Virus record (IMG/VR): IMGVR_UViG_3300030330_005553
Location: 1-58,181 of that record
From: a virus
Lineage: Duplodnaviria > Caudoviricetes
Strand: one strand, 5' to 3'
Length of the DNA: 58,181 nt
Shown here: in pieces, positions 46,294-56,486 of the stretch
How positions within the stretch are numbered: position 1 is the stretch's first letter
Layout of the letters: the number at the start of each line of letters is the position of its first letter
Notes under the pieces: model-generated
What the model was told of the DNA's origin: nothing
Seen by the model: only the letters and a program-made list of their open reading frames with translations
Databases searched by the model: none
Made by a program: the position numbers and the translations under genes

Positions 46294-47667
46294 ATGAAAA
46301 ATGTTATATTTTGGGTTGGTGTTAAGAACCAAACATATTCTGAGAAATACGGTGGATGGGATTGGATGGACATCAGCCGTAAGACTTGGGAATATTGGTG
46401 TGAAAAACACGATGTAATATTCTTTCCGATGGAAAAACCAATCAACGATGACTTAGTAAACTATAGAATCAACTGGCAAAAATCAATATATTGTTTTGAT
46501 CTATTAGATGAGGCTGGTATTGACTACGATCAAATATTTTTAGTTGATGCGACTTGTATGGCTAAATGGGATATGCCAAATATTTTTGAACTCACAGATC
46601 ACAAATTTACTGCCTGGAGGGAAAGGGATAATCTTAGATGGGTTTACGATAGTATAAAAGGTTATGAAGATTTTTTTTGTTATGATTTAAATAAATATGA
46701 CTACTTTAGTTCTGGCGTCATCATCTTTAATAAATCACATAAGGACATATTTCTAGAGTTTAAGGATTTGTATCTTAATAACGTAGATGAGTTTGTAGAT
46801 TTACAGGATAAAATTGTTCGTAAGGGTACAGAGCAAACACCTCTGAATTATTGGGTTCAAAAAAATAACGTAGAGCTTAATCTAGATTTACCTTTTAGTT
46901 ATAAATTAACTCACATACACCGTAAAGATATGTTTGGATATAATTGGCAACTTAATGAAGACAACACTCCATTTTTTATCAAGTATGGTAAGAATTGGGT
47001 TTTTAATGGAATACCAAAAGACCAGAGAACTCACGTTATGAAACAAATTTGGGATTTAGTAAAACATAATTATGATTCTAATCACTTTCTAAATAAAGTT
47101 AAATCAAAGGTAGATGATAAAGATACGACTTCTAGAAAATTTAAGGAAGATTTGATAACACACTTTCAGTCTTTTGGTGATAAAACTTTATTAGAGTTGG
47201 GTTGTAACCGTGGACATACTACTAGAGTTTATGCTTCACTTTTTAAAAAAGTAATTGGTGTAGAACGTAGTGAAAATAATTTAAAACAAGCAAAAGAAAA
47301 TTGCTCTGATGTTAACAATGTGGAATTCATACATCAAGATGTATATGATTCTAATTTTTCTTTACCAAAAGCTGATGTGGTTCATGTAGATGCCGGTCAT
47401 AGTCATCAAGAAGTTTTATATGACATACACAGATGTATAGAGCAATTAGGAAATCCAATTTTAATATTTGATGATGTTTGTAAAAAATTATTTCCAAATG
47501 GTGAGATAGGAAATACTATAAGAACTGCTATCGATCAACATGTTGAAGATGGTAGACTTAATATTGTAAAGTATATAGGAGAAGACAAGGGATACACCAC
47601 TGGTAATGGAAAGGTTTTACTTGGAAGAGAAGGGATGATCTGCGATGTTCAGTTACGCCGAATATAG
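46294..47667 (+). CDS. GT-A (GT8-like) glycosyltransferase fused to a SAM methyltransferase
   Basis: N-terminal YDQIFLVDA, FSSGV, TEQTPLN; C-terminal LELGCNRG, GVE, HVDAGH, IFDD. Confidence 0.75.
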   Translation: MKNVIFWVGVKNQTYSEKYGGWDWMDISRKTWEYWCEKHDVIFFPMEKPINDDLVNYRINWQKSIYCFDLLDEAGIDYDQIFLVDATCMAKWDMPNIFELTDHKFTAWRERDNLRWVYDSIKGYEDFFCYDLNKYDYFSSGVIIFNKSHKDIFLEFKDLYLNNVDEFVDLQDKIVRKGTEQTPLNYWVQKNNVELNLDLPFSYKLTHIHRKDMFGYNWQLNEDNTPFFIKYGKNWVFNGIPKDQRTHVMKQIWDLVKHNYDSNHFLNKVKSKVDDKDTTSRKFKEDLITHFQSFGDKTLLELGCNRGHTTRVYASLFKKVIGVERSENNLKQAKENCSDVNNVEFIHQDVYDSNFSLPKADVVHVDAGHSHQEVLYDIHRCIEQLGNPILIFDDVCKKLFPNGEIGNTIRTAIDQHVEDGRLNIVKYIGEDKGYTTGNGKVLLGREGMICDVQLRRI

Positions 47668-48391
47668 AAATATAATTACATTAGTGAAACATAATTTACC
47701 AATTATGGATTTTTCAGAGGTAAGTGATGATGTGGATTCTTTTTGTGTTTTGCGACATGATATAGAATTTTCCATAGACAGAGCATTGGAGATGGCTCGT
47801 ATAGAACACGAGGATTTAAATGTTCATTCTACCTACACGGTTCAGTTAAGAAACAATACATATAATGCCCTATCACAAAAGAACATAGAGGCTATTCAAG
47901 AGATAGAGTCTATGGGACATTACATCGGACTACATCAGAATCCACCTATGATGGAAGATGATGAGTTGATTGATTATATATTAAAAGACATAGAGACATT
48001 GGAACATTACTATGGGTTTGAGGTTGATAGGTTTGCTTTTCATAGATGTGGTAGTAATCCAGGTATATTAGAAAAGTATGTGGAAGTACCTGGAAAGATA
48101 AATTGTTATGCTGAAGACTTCTTTCATTATTTCAGTGGTGATAAACCAAAAGATTTAAGAGTTCATTATCTAGCAGATTCCAATCACCAGTGGAAGTATG
48201 GTCATCCACTTCACATTGATTATTATGATTTACCACAGAAGATGCAATTATTAACACACCCTTATTCGTGGTCAGAAGAGGGGTATGATAACATAAGTAA
48301 TTATACTAAGTTGATACGAGAGAGAAATGAAGAGTTGCTAAAATCAATGGATAGTGAGACAAAAACATTTCCGAAAGAGTTGTTGATATGA
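47645..48391 (+). CDS. Polysaccharide deacetylase-like protein
   Basis: LRHDIE, GHYIGLH, FHR, YLADS, LTHP..W. Confidence 0.65.
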   Translation: MFSYAEYRNIITLVKHNLPIMDFSEVSDDVDSFCVLRHDIEFSIDRALEMARIEHEDLNVHSTYTVQLRNNTYNALSQKNIEAIQEIESMGHYIGLHQNPPMMEDDELIDYILKDIETLEHYYGFEVDRFAFHRCGSNPGILEKYVEVPGKINCYAEDFFHYFSGDKPKDLRVHYLADSNHQWKYGHPLHIDYYDLPQKMQLLTHPYSWSEEGYDNISNYTKLIRERNEELLKSMDSETKTFPKELLI

Positions 48392-49149
48392 AGAACATAG
48401 TTTTTACAATGGATATTGATTTAGCTGGTGAGGGTAGATATGCCAGCACAAGAAGATTACCTTACGAATATTCAATAAAAAGTTGGGAAAGGTGGTGTGA
48501 GAAAAATAATTGTGAACTATTTGTCCTTACTGATTTGTTATTACCAAAGGAACAGATGAACATATGTTGGCAAAGATATTATTTGTTTGATATATTGGAT
48601 GCTAATGATATCAAGTATGATCAAATACTTTCGGTTGATGCTGATACAATTGTCCATCCTGATTGTCCTAACTTCTTTGAGATGACAGATAGAAAGATGT
48701 GTGGGGTTCATTGTGAGGGTAGTTATGATTGGATTATCAGAAGCATTGAAAACTATGGTAAGTATTTTTTCAACGGTCACGTGATGGATTTTTGGAAATA
48801 CATTGATTGTGGGTTCGTAATTGTAAACGAATCACATAGAGATTTCTTTTCACAAGTTACAGATTTTTATAATGAAAATGCCGAATTGTTAAGACAAGTA
48901 GAGAAAGACTGGCATGGTGGGACAGACCAAACACCTGTTAACTTTTTGATACACGATAGAGATGTAGACTTTAAGTGGTTGCCATACGAATACAATATGT
49001 GTGATATGGTTAGAAAAGAAATATTAGGTGAGGATATGATGTTTACTGATTGGGGTTGGATATATCAGTATAACAGCATTCCAAATAATAAAGAAGATCG
49101 ATTAACTTTACATTGGATGAAAAAAACATACGAGCATTTATATGGATAA
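48388..49149 (+). CDS. GT-A (GT8-like) glycosyltransferase
   Basis: VDADT, IDCGF, TDQTPVN, LPYEYN. Confidence 0.75.
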   Translation: MKNIVFTMDIDLAGEGRYASTRRLPYEYSIKSWERWCEKNNCELFVLTDLLLPKEQMNICWQRYYLFDILDANDIKYDQILSVDADTIVHPDCPNFFEMTDRKMCGVHCEGSYDWIIRSIENYGKYFFNGHVMDFWKYIDCGFVIVNESHRDFFSQVTDFYNENAELLRQVEKDWHGGTDQTPVNFLIHDRDVDFKWLPYEYNMCDMVRKEILGEDMMFTDWGWIYQYNSIPNNKEDRLTLHWMKKTYEHLYG

Positions 49150-50143
49150 ATTAAGAAATAAATATGTAATTGGAACTCATGTAATGTGGTTCGAGATAGA
49201 GATGTATGCTGACTTCATAAAGGGTATGGTGAATCTATTAGAAACTGTAGAGAACAAAGAGAACATAACAATTGATTTATGTTTAAATACTTTAGAACAT
49301 TTTGAAAAGATAGACACCGATAAAATTAAGAGAGAAGATATATTAAATAAGTTCAGAGCTGGTGTCTATGAAATTGAAAAATTAGGATATGAAGTTAATT
49401 TTGATGTTGTAGCTGGTGATAAATTCTACTTCCATACGGATTACAGAAGAGATTTGAATTACAACTACTGTAAGAAAGTGGATTATGTGATGTGGGGTGA
49501 GACCGATAGTTTCTTTCCACGAGAAGCATTTCAAGTGATAGAAACCCTATCTAACTATACTGATGAACAGAACATACATAGATATTTAATGAGTTTTTCA
49601 GATAGAAAGATGTGGGATGCGAGTTGGGACCCATTGGTTCATGTAGATTATCGTGATATAGAATTTATAGATGATGACAACGGACATCTTTATAAAAATC
49701 AAGCTAAGTCACAATTGTCAATAGAAGAGATGAATGAGATAAATGCGAGAGCTGAAGAATTTGATTTTTCCTACATCCAACACCCGAAGATAAGTGGTGC
49801 GTGTTTAGTTCTGTCAAGTGACTTGATCAAATCTGGCGTGAATATACCATCTTGTTTACTATATAATGATGATGAGGGTTTGTCTATAATGTCACATAAA
49901 TTAATGGGACAAAATTTTATGCAGTTTGTATGTCAGAATGTTTTACACGTTCATGCTAGAAGACATCCACAGAAGAGAATGTACGTAAAAGAGGAGGATA
50001 ATCCTTATTCATTTATAAATCAAAAAAATAATAATTTTAAAAAGTTTTTACAAGTGTCTAAAGAAAATATACAAACTTTGGTTACTGGTCAAGGTAAGTT
50101 CAAAGAGTATGATGATTTAAAACAGATATTGGAGTCAAAATGA
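49142..50143 (+). CDS. Putative glycosyltransferase-like protein
   Basis: WGETDSF, GACLV, NDDE, HVH; context. Confidence 0.45.
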   Translation: MDKLRNKYVIGTHVMWFEIEMYADFIKGMVNLLETVENKENITIDLCLNTLEHFEKIDTDKIKREDILNKFRAGVYEIEKLGYEVNFDVVAGDKFYFHTDYRRDLNYNYCKKVDYVMWGETDSFFPREAFQVIETLSNYTDEQNIHRYLMSFSDRKMWDASWDPLVHVDYRDIEFIDDDNGHLYKNQAKSQLSIEEMNEINARAEEFDFSYIQHPKISGACLVLSSDLIKSGVNIPSCLLYNDDEGLSIMSHKLMGQNFMQFVCQNVLHVHARRHPQKRMYVKEEDNPYSFINQKNNNFKKFLQVSKENIQTLVTGQGKFKEYDDLKQILESK

Positions 50144-51108
50144 AGAAGAGAGCATTAATTACAGGTATAAACGGAATGGACGGTAGTCACCTTGCCGACT
50201 TTCTATTAGAAAAAGGTTATGAAGTATTTGGTATGGAAAGAAGAACTTCAACACCAAATAGAAGAAACTCTAAACATTTAGAGGATAAGATAACGTTCAT
50301 TACAGGTGATCTAACGGATCAAAATTCACTTCGTAGATGTTTAGTAAAATCAAATCCAGATGAGGTGTACAACTTAGCTGCTCAATCATTTGTTGGTGAG
50401 AGTTGGAATACACCAGAACAAACAGGTGATGTTACTGCTATTGGTGCATTGAGGATTTTAGAGGCTATAAGAGAATATGATTTAGTTAAACGAATTAAGT
50501 TTTATCAAGCATCAACTTCTGAACTCTATGGTAGAATGGTTGAGAATCCAGCAAAAGAAACCACACCATTTTATCCAAGAAGTCCTTATGGGGTTGCTAA
50601 ATTATATGGTCATTGGATAACAAAAAATTACAGAGAGTCTTATGATATGTTTAATGTAAGTGGTATTCTATTTAATCATGAATCAGAACGCCGTGGTATA
50701 GAATTCGTAACTCGTAAGATTACTGATGGAGTTGCTAAGATTCACTTAGGTTTAGAGGATTACATTACTTTGGGCAATTTAGATGCTAAAAGAGATTGGG
50801 GATATTCACCTGATTATGTACAATCCATGTGGATGATGTTACAACAATCTGAACCAGATGATTATGTGATAGCCACTGGTAAGGAACACACCATTAGAGA
50901 GTTTTTAGATGCTGCTTTTAACACCGTAAATATAACAAATTGGTCTAAGTATGTGTTACAAGACGAGAGATATATGAGACCAGCAGAAGTTGCTGTGTTA
51001 TGTGGCGATTCTACAAAAGCTAAAGAAAAGTTGGGTTGGAGTCCCACCACATCATTTGAAGAAATGGTTAGACGAATGGTAGATAACGATATTAATTTGT
51101 TAAAATGA
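50140..51108 (+). CDS. gmd: GDP-mannose 4,6-dehydratase (second copy)
   Basis: TGINGMDGSHL, AAQSFV, QASTSE, SPYGVAK, GILFNHESERRG, RDWG. Confidence 0.93.
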   Translation: MKKRALITGINGMDGSHLADFLLEKGYEVFGMERRTSTPNRRNSKHLEDKITFITGDLTDQNSLRRCLVKSNPDEVYNLAAQSFVGESWNTPEQTGDVTAIGALRILEAIREYDLVKRIKFYQASTSELYGRMVENPAKETTPFYPRSPYGVAKLYGHWITKNYRESYDMFNVSGILFNHESERRGIEFVTRKITDGVAKIHLGLEDYITLGNLDAKRDWGYSPDYVQSMWMMLQQSEPDDYVIATGKEHTIREFLDAAFNTVNITNWSKYVLQDERYMRPAEVAVLCGDSTKAKEKLGWSPTTSFEEMVRRMVDNDINLLK

Positions 51109-52121
51109 TTAAAATAAGATTAACAAATCCTCAAAATATGAAGTGCTTTGGTGGATTACTAATAACCAATCAATATGGTCTTCTTTCAGATTATAGTATA
51201 GAATTAACTAATTCAAATGACTATGATTACGAATTTGTTGATATGGATCAGTTTATTGATAAATCAGTTTCTATAGAGGATAGTGCTAAATATGGGATTG
51301 AAAATATGTCTAAAAAAACAGGTGATTATTTTTTGTTTCACGGTGGTGGTGCTACTGATATACTAGGTGGTTATGAAGTTCTTATTGAATCTAATGCTAA
51401 ATTTTTATTTAAAAAATCTCTACTATCAAGACAAGATTATAAAGAAAAAACTGTCTTGAATAAATGGTGGTTTGGTAAAGGTTCTACGTGTGATGCTGGA
51501 TACGATATTCCACAAGATATTTACGATAGAATAAAACTTACTGGTTATACAGTTTGTCACAACTGGCCACATATGCAAAGATTACAACCCATAGAAGACA
51601 AGGATATAGATGTTTGTGCTGTGTATATGGCAACTCACCCACCAGGTGATTATAATTACGGTGTAGAGACTGGTCAATATTACACACGACATAGACAAGG
51701 TGGGTGGGATCAGTTAGAAAAGATATCAGATAAATATAATATCGTTGCTCAAAAGTTACCACCAGATGTTACACAAAATGTTATGAAGAGGTCAAAGATA
51801 GGTATATCTCCATATGGTCAATGTGAGGTATGTTATCGTGATTTAGAAATAATACAGTGGGGTGGTTTATTAATTAAACCAGATATGGGTAAGGTTTTGA
51901 CAGAGCCTGATTTTTATAAACCAATGGAAACCTATGTGCCAGTAAGACCTGATTGGTCAGATTTAAACGAAACTATAGAAAAAATACTTGCTAATTTTAA
52001 AGATTATGAGTATATTATAGATAATAGCAGAACTAAATTAGTGGAAATGTTTTCATATCATAATGTCGGTAGATATTGGTATGACTTCTTTGCTAACCTA
52101 AATGATATAGAGAGTGAATAA
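51105..52121 (+). CDS. Putative glycosyltransferase; paralog of 36133-37143
   Basis: SKIGISPYGQCEVCYRD...LIKPDM...DWSDL. Confidence 0.6.
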   Translation: MIKIRLTNPQNMKCFGGLLITNQYGLLSDYSIELTNSNDYDYEFVDMDQFIDKSVSIEDSAKYGIENMSKKTGDYFLFHGGGATDILGGYEVLIESNAKFLFKKSLLSRQDYKEKTVLNKWWFGKGSTCDAGYDIPQDIYDRIKLTGYTVCHNWPHMQRLQPIEDKDIDVCAVYMATHPPGDYNYGVETGQYYTRHRQGGWDQLEKISDKYNIVAQKLPPDVTQNVMKRSKIGISPYGQCEVCYRDLEIIQWGGLLIKPDMGKVLTEPDFYKPMETYVPVRPDWSDLNETIEKILANFKDYEYIIDNSRTKLVEMFSYHNVGRYWYDFFANLNDIESE

Positions 52122-52698
52122 AATGAGATTTGTTCAAATTGGTACATCAAAAGCAAATGATGATGTTTTTAACTTTATTAAAGACCAAGATATCGAATTA
52201 GGTGTTTTAGTAGAACCATTGGAGGAACATAAACAAGATATTTTAAATTGTTACAACGGTGTTAAAAACATACATTTAGAACAAGTGGCTGTGCGATGGG
52301 ATGAAATCAAAGAAGTTCAGTTTTATTCGAGTGAATTACATCCTGGAGCATCATCGTTTAGAAAAAGTCATTTATTAAAACATCGCGTGCCAATGGACAA
52401 GATCGACACTCGTGTGGTTAAATGCATTCACATTCATGAATTATTTGATAAATACAACATTGATTACCTAGATCATCTGTTTACTGATACTGAAGGATTT
52501 GATGGAGACCTATTGTTAGGTTTAGATTTTAATAAGTATAAAATCCAACATATCGTGTTTGAATCAGTACATTTAGATTCACCTATGTCTTCTGGTGGAG
52601 AAAAAACTAAGAAGGTTTTAAATCATCTAGTTTCAAATGGATATAAAATAGAAAAAAGTAAGTGGAAATTTAATATGGAGGCAACTTTAGATGAGTAA
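52114..52698 (+). CDS. FkbM-family methyltransferase
   Basis: VQIG, LVEP, TDTEGFD, FES.H. Confidence 0.8.
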   Translation: MNKMRFVQIGTSKANDDVFNFIKDQDIELGVLVEPLEEHKQDILNCYNGVKNIHLEQVAVRWDEIKEVQFYSSELHPGASSFRKSHLLKHRVPMDKIDTRVVKCIHIHELFDKYNIDYLDHLFTDTEGFDGDLLLGLDFNKYKIQHIVFESVHLDSPMSSGGEKTKKVLNHLVSNGYKIEKSKWKFNMEATLDE

Positions 52699-53599
52699 AA
52701 TAACATCGGTAATACCAACTTATAACAATTTACCGTTTTTGAAACTAACTGTACAATCTATTCGACAGAATTGTTATTACAAAGATATGCCAATCGTAAT
52801 ATTTGCGGAGAATTGCACTGATGGGACTAACAATTGGTTGGATGCTAATTACAGAAAATTAGGTATTGAATACTATATAGAAAACCATGTTGATAGAGAA
52901 GACCAACGAGGTATCGGTGGTGGTATTGATTATTGTGTGAGTAAGGTCAAGACGGAGTTTGTCAATATATTACATTCAGATTTTTGGGTGGCACCTAATC
53001 AAGATATTGAATTGTTAAAACTATATGATGACATAGAGCCAGGCGAAAGATTGATTGCTTCATCATTTAGGGTTCAACCAAATATATTTCCAAATGATCC
53101 ACCTTACAGACCTGGCACAGTGTTCGTAGATTTTGACGAGTTTGGTGAATATGAGGATAATTTCGATAGTCAATATTTTGATCAATGGGCTACAGAATTT
53201 ACAAAAGATAACGATATTCAGATTAGAAAGGGTGGTGGTGCTGGTTATTTCTGTAGAGTAGAAGATCATATAAACATTGGTGGTAATGATCCTATATTTC
53301 AACCTATGTATTGGGAAGATAAGGATTTATTTATGAGAATGCAAATGGAAGGATATAAATTTATAATGACAAGTAAGTCTTTGATCTGGCATTTCACATC
53401 AAGAACATCAAGATTTCCCAATGGTGAGAGAGATTTGGATAATAACAAAAGACCAGCACATATAATTCGTTGGGAACAAAGAGCTATGCAAAGATTTATA
53501 GAGAAGTGGGGACGACTACCTAATGAAGATGAAGATTCATTTGTAGTCCCCATCGAAGGAACTAATAACCCAAATAAAATAGAGTGGCCGTTCAAATGA
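52691..53599 (+). CDS. GT-A (GT2) glycosyltransferase
   Basis: IPTYN, CTDGT, LHSD, GGND, WEDKD, WHF. Confidence 0.85.
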   Translation: MSKITSVIPTYNNLPFLKLTVQSIRQNCYYKDMPIVIFAENCTDGTNNWLDANYRKLGIEYYIENHVDREDQRGIGGGIDYCVSKVKTEFVNILHSDFWVAPNQDIELLKLYDDIEPGERLIASSFRVQPNIFPNDPPYRPGTVFVDFDEFGEYEDNFDSQYFDQWATEFTKDNDIQIRKGGGAGYFCRVEDHINIGGNDPIFQPMYWEDKDLFMRMQMEGYKFIMTSKSLIWHFTSRTSRFPNGERDLDNNKRPAHIIRWEQRAMQRFIEKWGRLPNEDEDSFVVPIEGTNNPNKIEWPFK

Positions 53600-54477
53600 A
53601 GTTAGAACAGAAAATAGGAGTAATAGGAAATGGATTTGTAGGCGGAGCAGTTAAGTTTGGTTTTTCACCACAGACAGGTTGTGATGCTGAAGTTAGAGTT
53701 TATGATAAGAATCCAAGTAAATCAACACATACGTTAGAAGAAACAGTAAACAAATCTGATTTTATTTACTTATCAGTGCCTACACCAACAAATGAAGATG
53801 GCTCAATTAACATCAATATTTTAGAGAGTGCTCTAAAAAATATTAGTGAGGTTCATGATGGCAAGGACAACGTAATTTTAATTAGGTCTACCGTAATACC
53901 TGGCACAACATGGGCATTACAAACCAAATATCCACACTTAAATATATTGTTCAATCCTGAGTTCCTTACAGAAAGGTCTGCTAATTTAGATTTTATAAAT
54001 CAAAGTCGTTTTATAATCGGTAATAATGGTAAACAGATGAGTTGGGCTAAATCGGAAGAATTTGTTGAATTGTTAAAAGATAGATTTGGTGATTGTATTG
54101 CTGTACAAGAAACTAACTATGAAACTGCCGAACTTATAAAGTACATGAACAATTGTTTTTTTGCGACCAAAGTATCTTTTATGAATGAGATGTATCAGAT
54201 AGCAGAGAAGATAGATGCTAATTGGGACGAGGCTGTTAGTGGATTTGTATCTGATGGTAGGATTGGACACTCACATTTGGGTGTGCCAGGTCCTGATGGT
54301 AAGTTTGGTTTCGGTGGTAGTTGTTTTCCAAAAGATATTCAGGCGATGATTGATTTTGCTGAAACATTTGGAATAAATCCAAGTGTTTTAAAAGGTGCTT
54401 GGGAAAAGAATCTAGAAGTTAGACCAGAACAAGATTGGAAGGATTTAAAGGGTAGGGCAGTAACCGATGATAAATAA
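53596..54477 (+). CDS. UDP-glucose/GDP-mannose dehydrogenase family protein lacking the C-terminal domain
   Basis: GNGFVG, VPTP, RSTVIPG, NPEFL, AELIKY..N, GFGGSCFPKD; ATGA overlap at 53596. Confidence 0.85.
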   Translation: MKLEQKIGVIGNGFVGGAVKFGFSPQTGCDAEVRVYDKNPSKSTHTLEETVNKSDFIYLSVPTPTNEDGSININILESALKNISEVHDGKDNVILIRSTVIPGTTWALQTKYPHLNILFNPEFLTERSANLDFINQSRFIIGNNGKQMSWAKSEEFVELLKDRFGDCIAVQETNYETAELIKYMNNCFFATKVSFMNEMYQIAEKIDANWDEAVSGFVSDGRIGHSHLGVPGPDGKFGFGGSCFPKDIQAMIDFAETFGINPSVLKGAWEKNLEVRPEQDWKDLKGRAVTDDK

Positions 54478-54727
54478 GAAACTTGAATATAACACAGAGT
54501 TGATGTTAATAACAATGGAAGAGTGTGGTGAATTAATTGAGGCTTGTTCTAAGACTATTCGGTGTGAGGATTATGAAAACCACCCAAGAATGATAGAGGA
54601 AGTTGGTGATGTTTTATTATTAATAGATATGATAATAGAACGAGGATTAGTCAAACAAGAAGATATAGATGCTCGTAAGAAAGTAAAAATAGAAAAGCTA
54701 AAGAAATGGAGTAATTTAATACCATGA
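54467..54727 (+). CDS. MazG-like NTP pyrophosphohydrolase
   Basis: EECGELIEA...EEVGDV. Confidence 0.8.
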   Translation: MINKKLEYNTELMLITMEECGELIEACSKTIRCEDYENHPRMIEEVGDVLLLIDMIIERGLVKQEDIDARKKVKIEKLKKWSNLIP

Positions 54728-55977
54728 GTGATAAAGTAACAAGTTTTATACAACCAAGTAGAAACAATCTAAAGTATTTACAGTGGAGCTATAACTCTAT
54801 TAGAAAGAATCTTGGATACCGACACGAGATATGTTGGGCTGATGATTTTTCAAATGATGGCACATGGGAGTGGATGAATGAAATCATCAAGAAAGATCCA
54901 AATGTAAAGATATATAGGAACGAAGGTCCTAAAAGACTTGGACACACCATTTTGTATGATACGCTGGTAGATATGGCGACAAGTGATATCGTAATGATTT
55001 ATCATGCCGATATGTATGCGTGTCCTAATCTAGATGTAGAGATACTGAAACATTTAGAACCAGGTAAAGTTGTCAGTGCCACTCGTATAGAACCACCACT
55101 ACATCCTGATGGTCCTGAAAAAATATTAGAAGACTTTGGAATAGAACCAGAAGAGTTTAAAGAACAAGATTTACTTAGTTTTGTTGACGAAATACAAAGT
55201 GGTAATGGCTTATTATATGGTCCTCTTAAACTTGGTCAAGAGACAAGTCAAGGTATCTTTGCTCCTTGGGCTATCTATAAAGAGGACTTTACTTCTATTG
55301 GTGGACATGATCCATTGTATGCTCCACAGAGTAAAGAAGACAGTGATATATTCAATCGTTTTGTATTGGCTGGTTACGATTTAGTTCAGACTTGGAAAGG
55401 GTTTGTGTATCACATGACCTGTCGTGGTAGTAGATTTGCTGATGGCGCTCAACGTAATCCTAATGGACAAGTCTTTATGAAGAATAGAGAAACTGATGAG
55501 TGGTTGGCACAAAATCAAAGGTCAACTCGTAACTTTATTCGTAAGTGGGGGCATTTTGTAAAACATGACTCAATGATGATGCCAATAATACCACCGAAGT
55601 ATGACATTGGATTTATGGTGGAGAACTGTGGTCTTGAACATTTATCAGCATTAGAACCATGGTGTTCAGATATCTATGGTGATTGGGTTGGACATAAGGG
55701 TTTTCACGTGAACAAATACATTGAAGAAGAACAACCTAATACTGATTTTAAACTAAGTAAAAAGATACATACACAATATAGTAGTCTTAAAAATGATATA
55801 ATGGTGCATATTGATTGCTCTAAGTTGACCAATCAAAATTTTCAGATATTGACTCAATTATCAGAAATACTACAAGATTCAGGCGAAATAGGTGAGTTTG
55901 ATTTGGATATTTTCAATATAAAAGTCAATTCTTTACAAACATACGAAAAAGATTTAATCATTTGTAAGACTAAGTAA
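54724..55977 (+). CDS. GT-A (GT2) glycosyltransferase with C-terminal extension
   Basis: DDFSNDGT, HADM, GGHD, EDSD, YHMT. Confidence 0.85.
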   Translation: MSDKVTSFIQPSRNNLKYLQWSYNSIRKNLGYRHEICWADDFSNDGTWEWMNEIIKKDPNVKIYRNEGPKRLGHTILYDTLVDMATSDIVMIYHADMYACPNLDVEILKHLEPGKVVSATRIEPPLHPDGPEKILEDFGIEPEEFKEQDLLSFVDEIQSGNGLLYGPLKLGQETSQGIFAPWAIYKEDFTSIGGHDPLYAPQSKEDSDIFNRFVLAGYDLVQTWKGFVYHMTCRGSRFADGAQRNPNGQVFMKNRETDEWLAQNQRSTRNFIRKWGHFVKHDSMMMPIIPPKYDIGFMVENCGLEHLSALEPWCSDIYGDWVGHKGFHVNKYIEEEQPNTDFKLSKKIHTQYSSLKNDIMVHIDCSKLTNQNFQILTQLSEILQDSGEIGEFDLDIFNIKVNSLQTYEKDLIICKTK

Positions 55978-56005
55978 TACTTATAAGTGTAACAGGAGTT
56001 ATATA

Positions 56006-56284
56006 ATGAATAAACTAGGTTTACATATTACAAATTTAATTCTTACTGTACAAGATACAGAAGAAAAACCTTTTATAAGGGAACTAGCTTTAGAAGAGTT
56101 AAAAAAACTTTCATCGGATATAAGTAGAGTTATCTTCGATCACATTGACGAAATAGAAGAGCTCAACAATGTCTTACCAAAAGGGTATGATGAAGATGAA
56201 GCAAATCAAAGAATGGATATCATAGGTCAAAACGGACCTACTGGCGAACATTACAACGAAAACCAAACTGAATTGGAGTTATAG
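56006..56284 (+). CDS. Hypothetical protein
   Basis: AGGAG RBS; ATACTTATA motif variant at 55977. Confidence 0.7.
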   Translation: MNKLGLHITNLILTVQDTEEKPFIRELALEELKKLSSDISRVIFDHIDEIEELNNVLPKGYDEDEANQRMDIIGQNGPTGEHYNENQTELEL

Positions 56285-56485
56285 ATGACAAATGAACAAC
56301 TAGAAGAGCTACAGAATATTAGAAATGCTGTGGATGATCTGTATAAGAAATTAGATGTAGAGTTATATAAGAAGAAAAAAGCCGTAAAAGTATCATATGA
56401 AAAGGTTAAACCATCAAGTTTAATTACTTCTAATTTACAATACATCGTGCAAAAACTTAATTTATTACAAGAAGCCGGAGAATAA
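56285..56485 (+). CDS. Hypothetical protein
   Basis: GGAG RBS. Confidence 0.65.
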   Translation: MTNEQLEELQNIRNAVDDLYKKLDVELYKKKKAVKVSYEKVKPSSLITSNLQYIVQKLNLLQEAGE

Positions 56486-56486
56486 C

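Noticed and set aside
56282-56287. In-frame stop-ATG junctions (also 15059-15064, 5674-5682, 8028-8036) as read-through fusions
   Set aside because: Downstream genes have their own ATG and mostly their own RBS; ordinary tight packing
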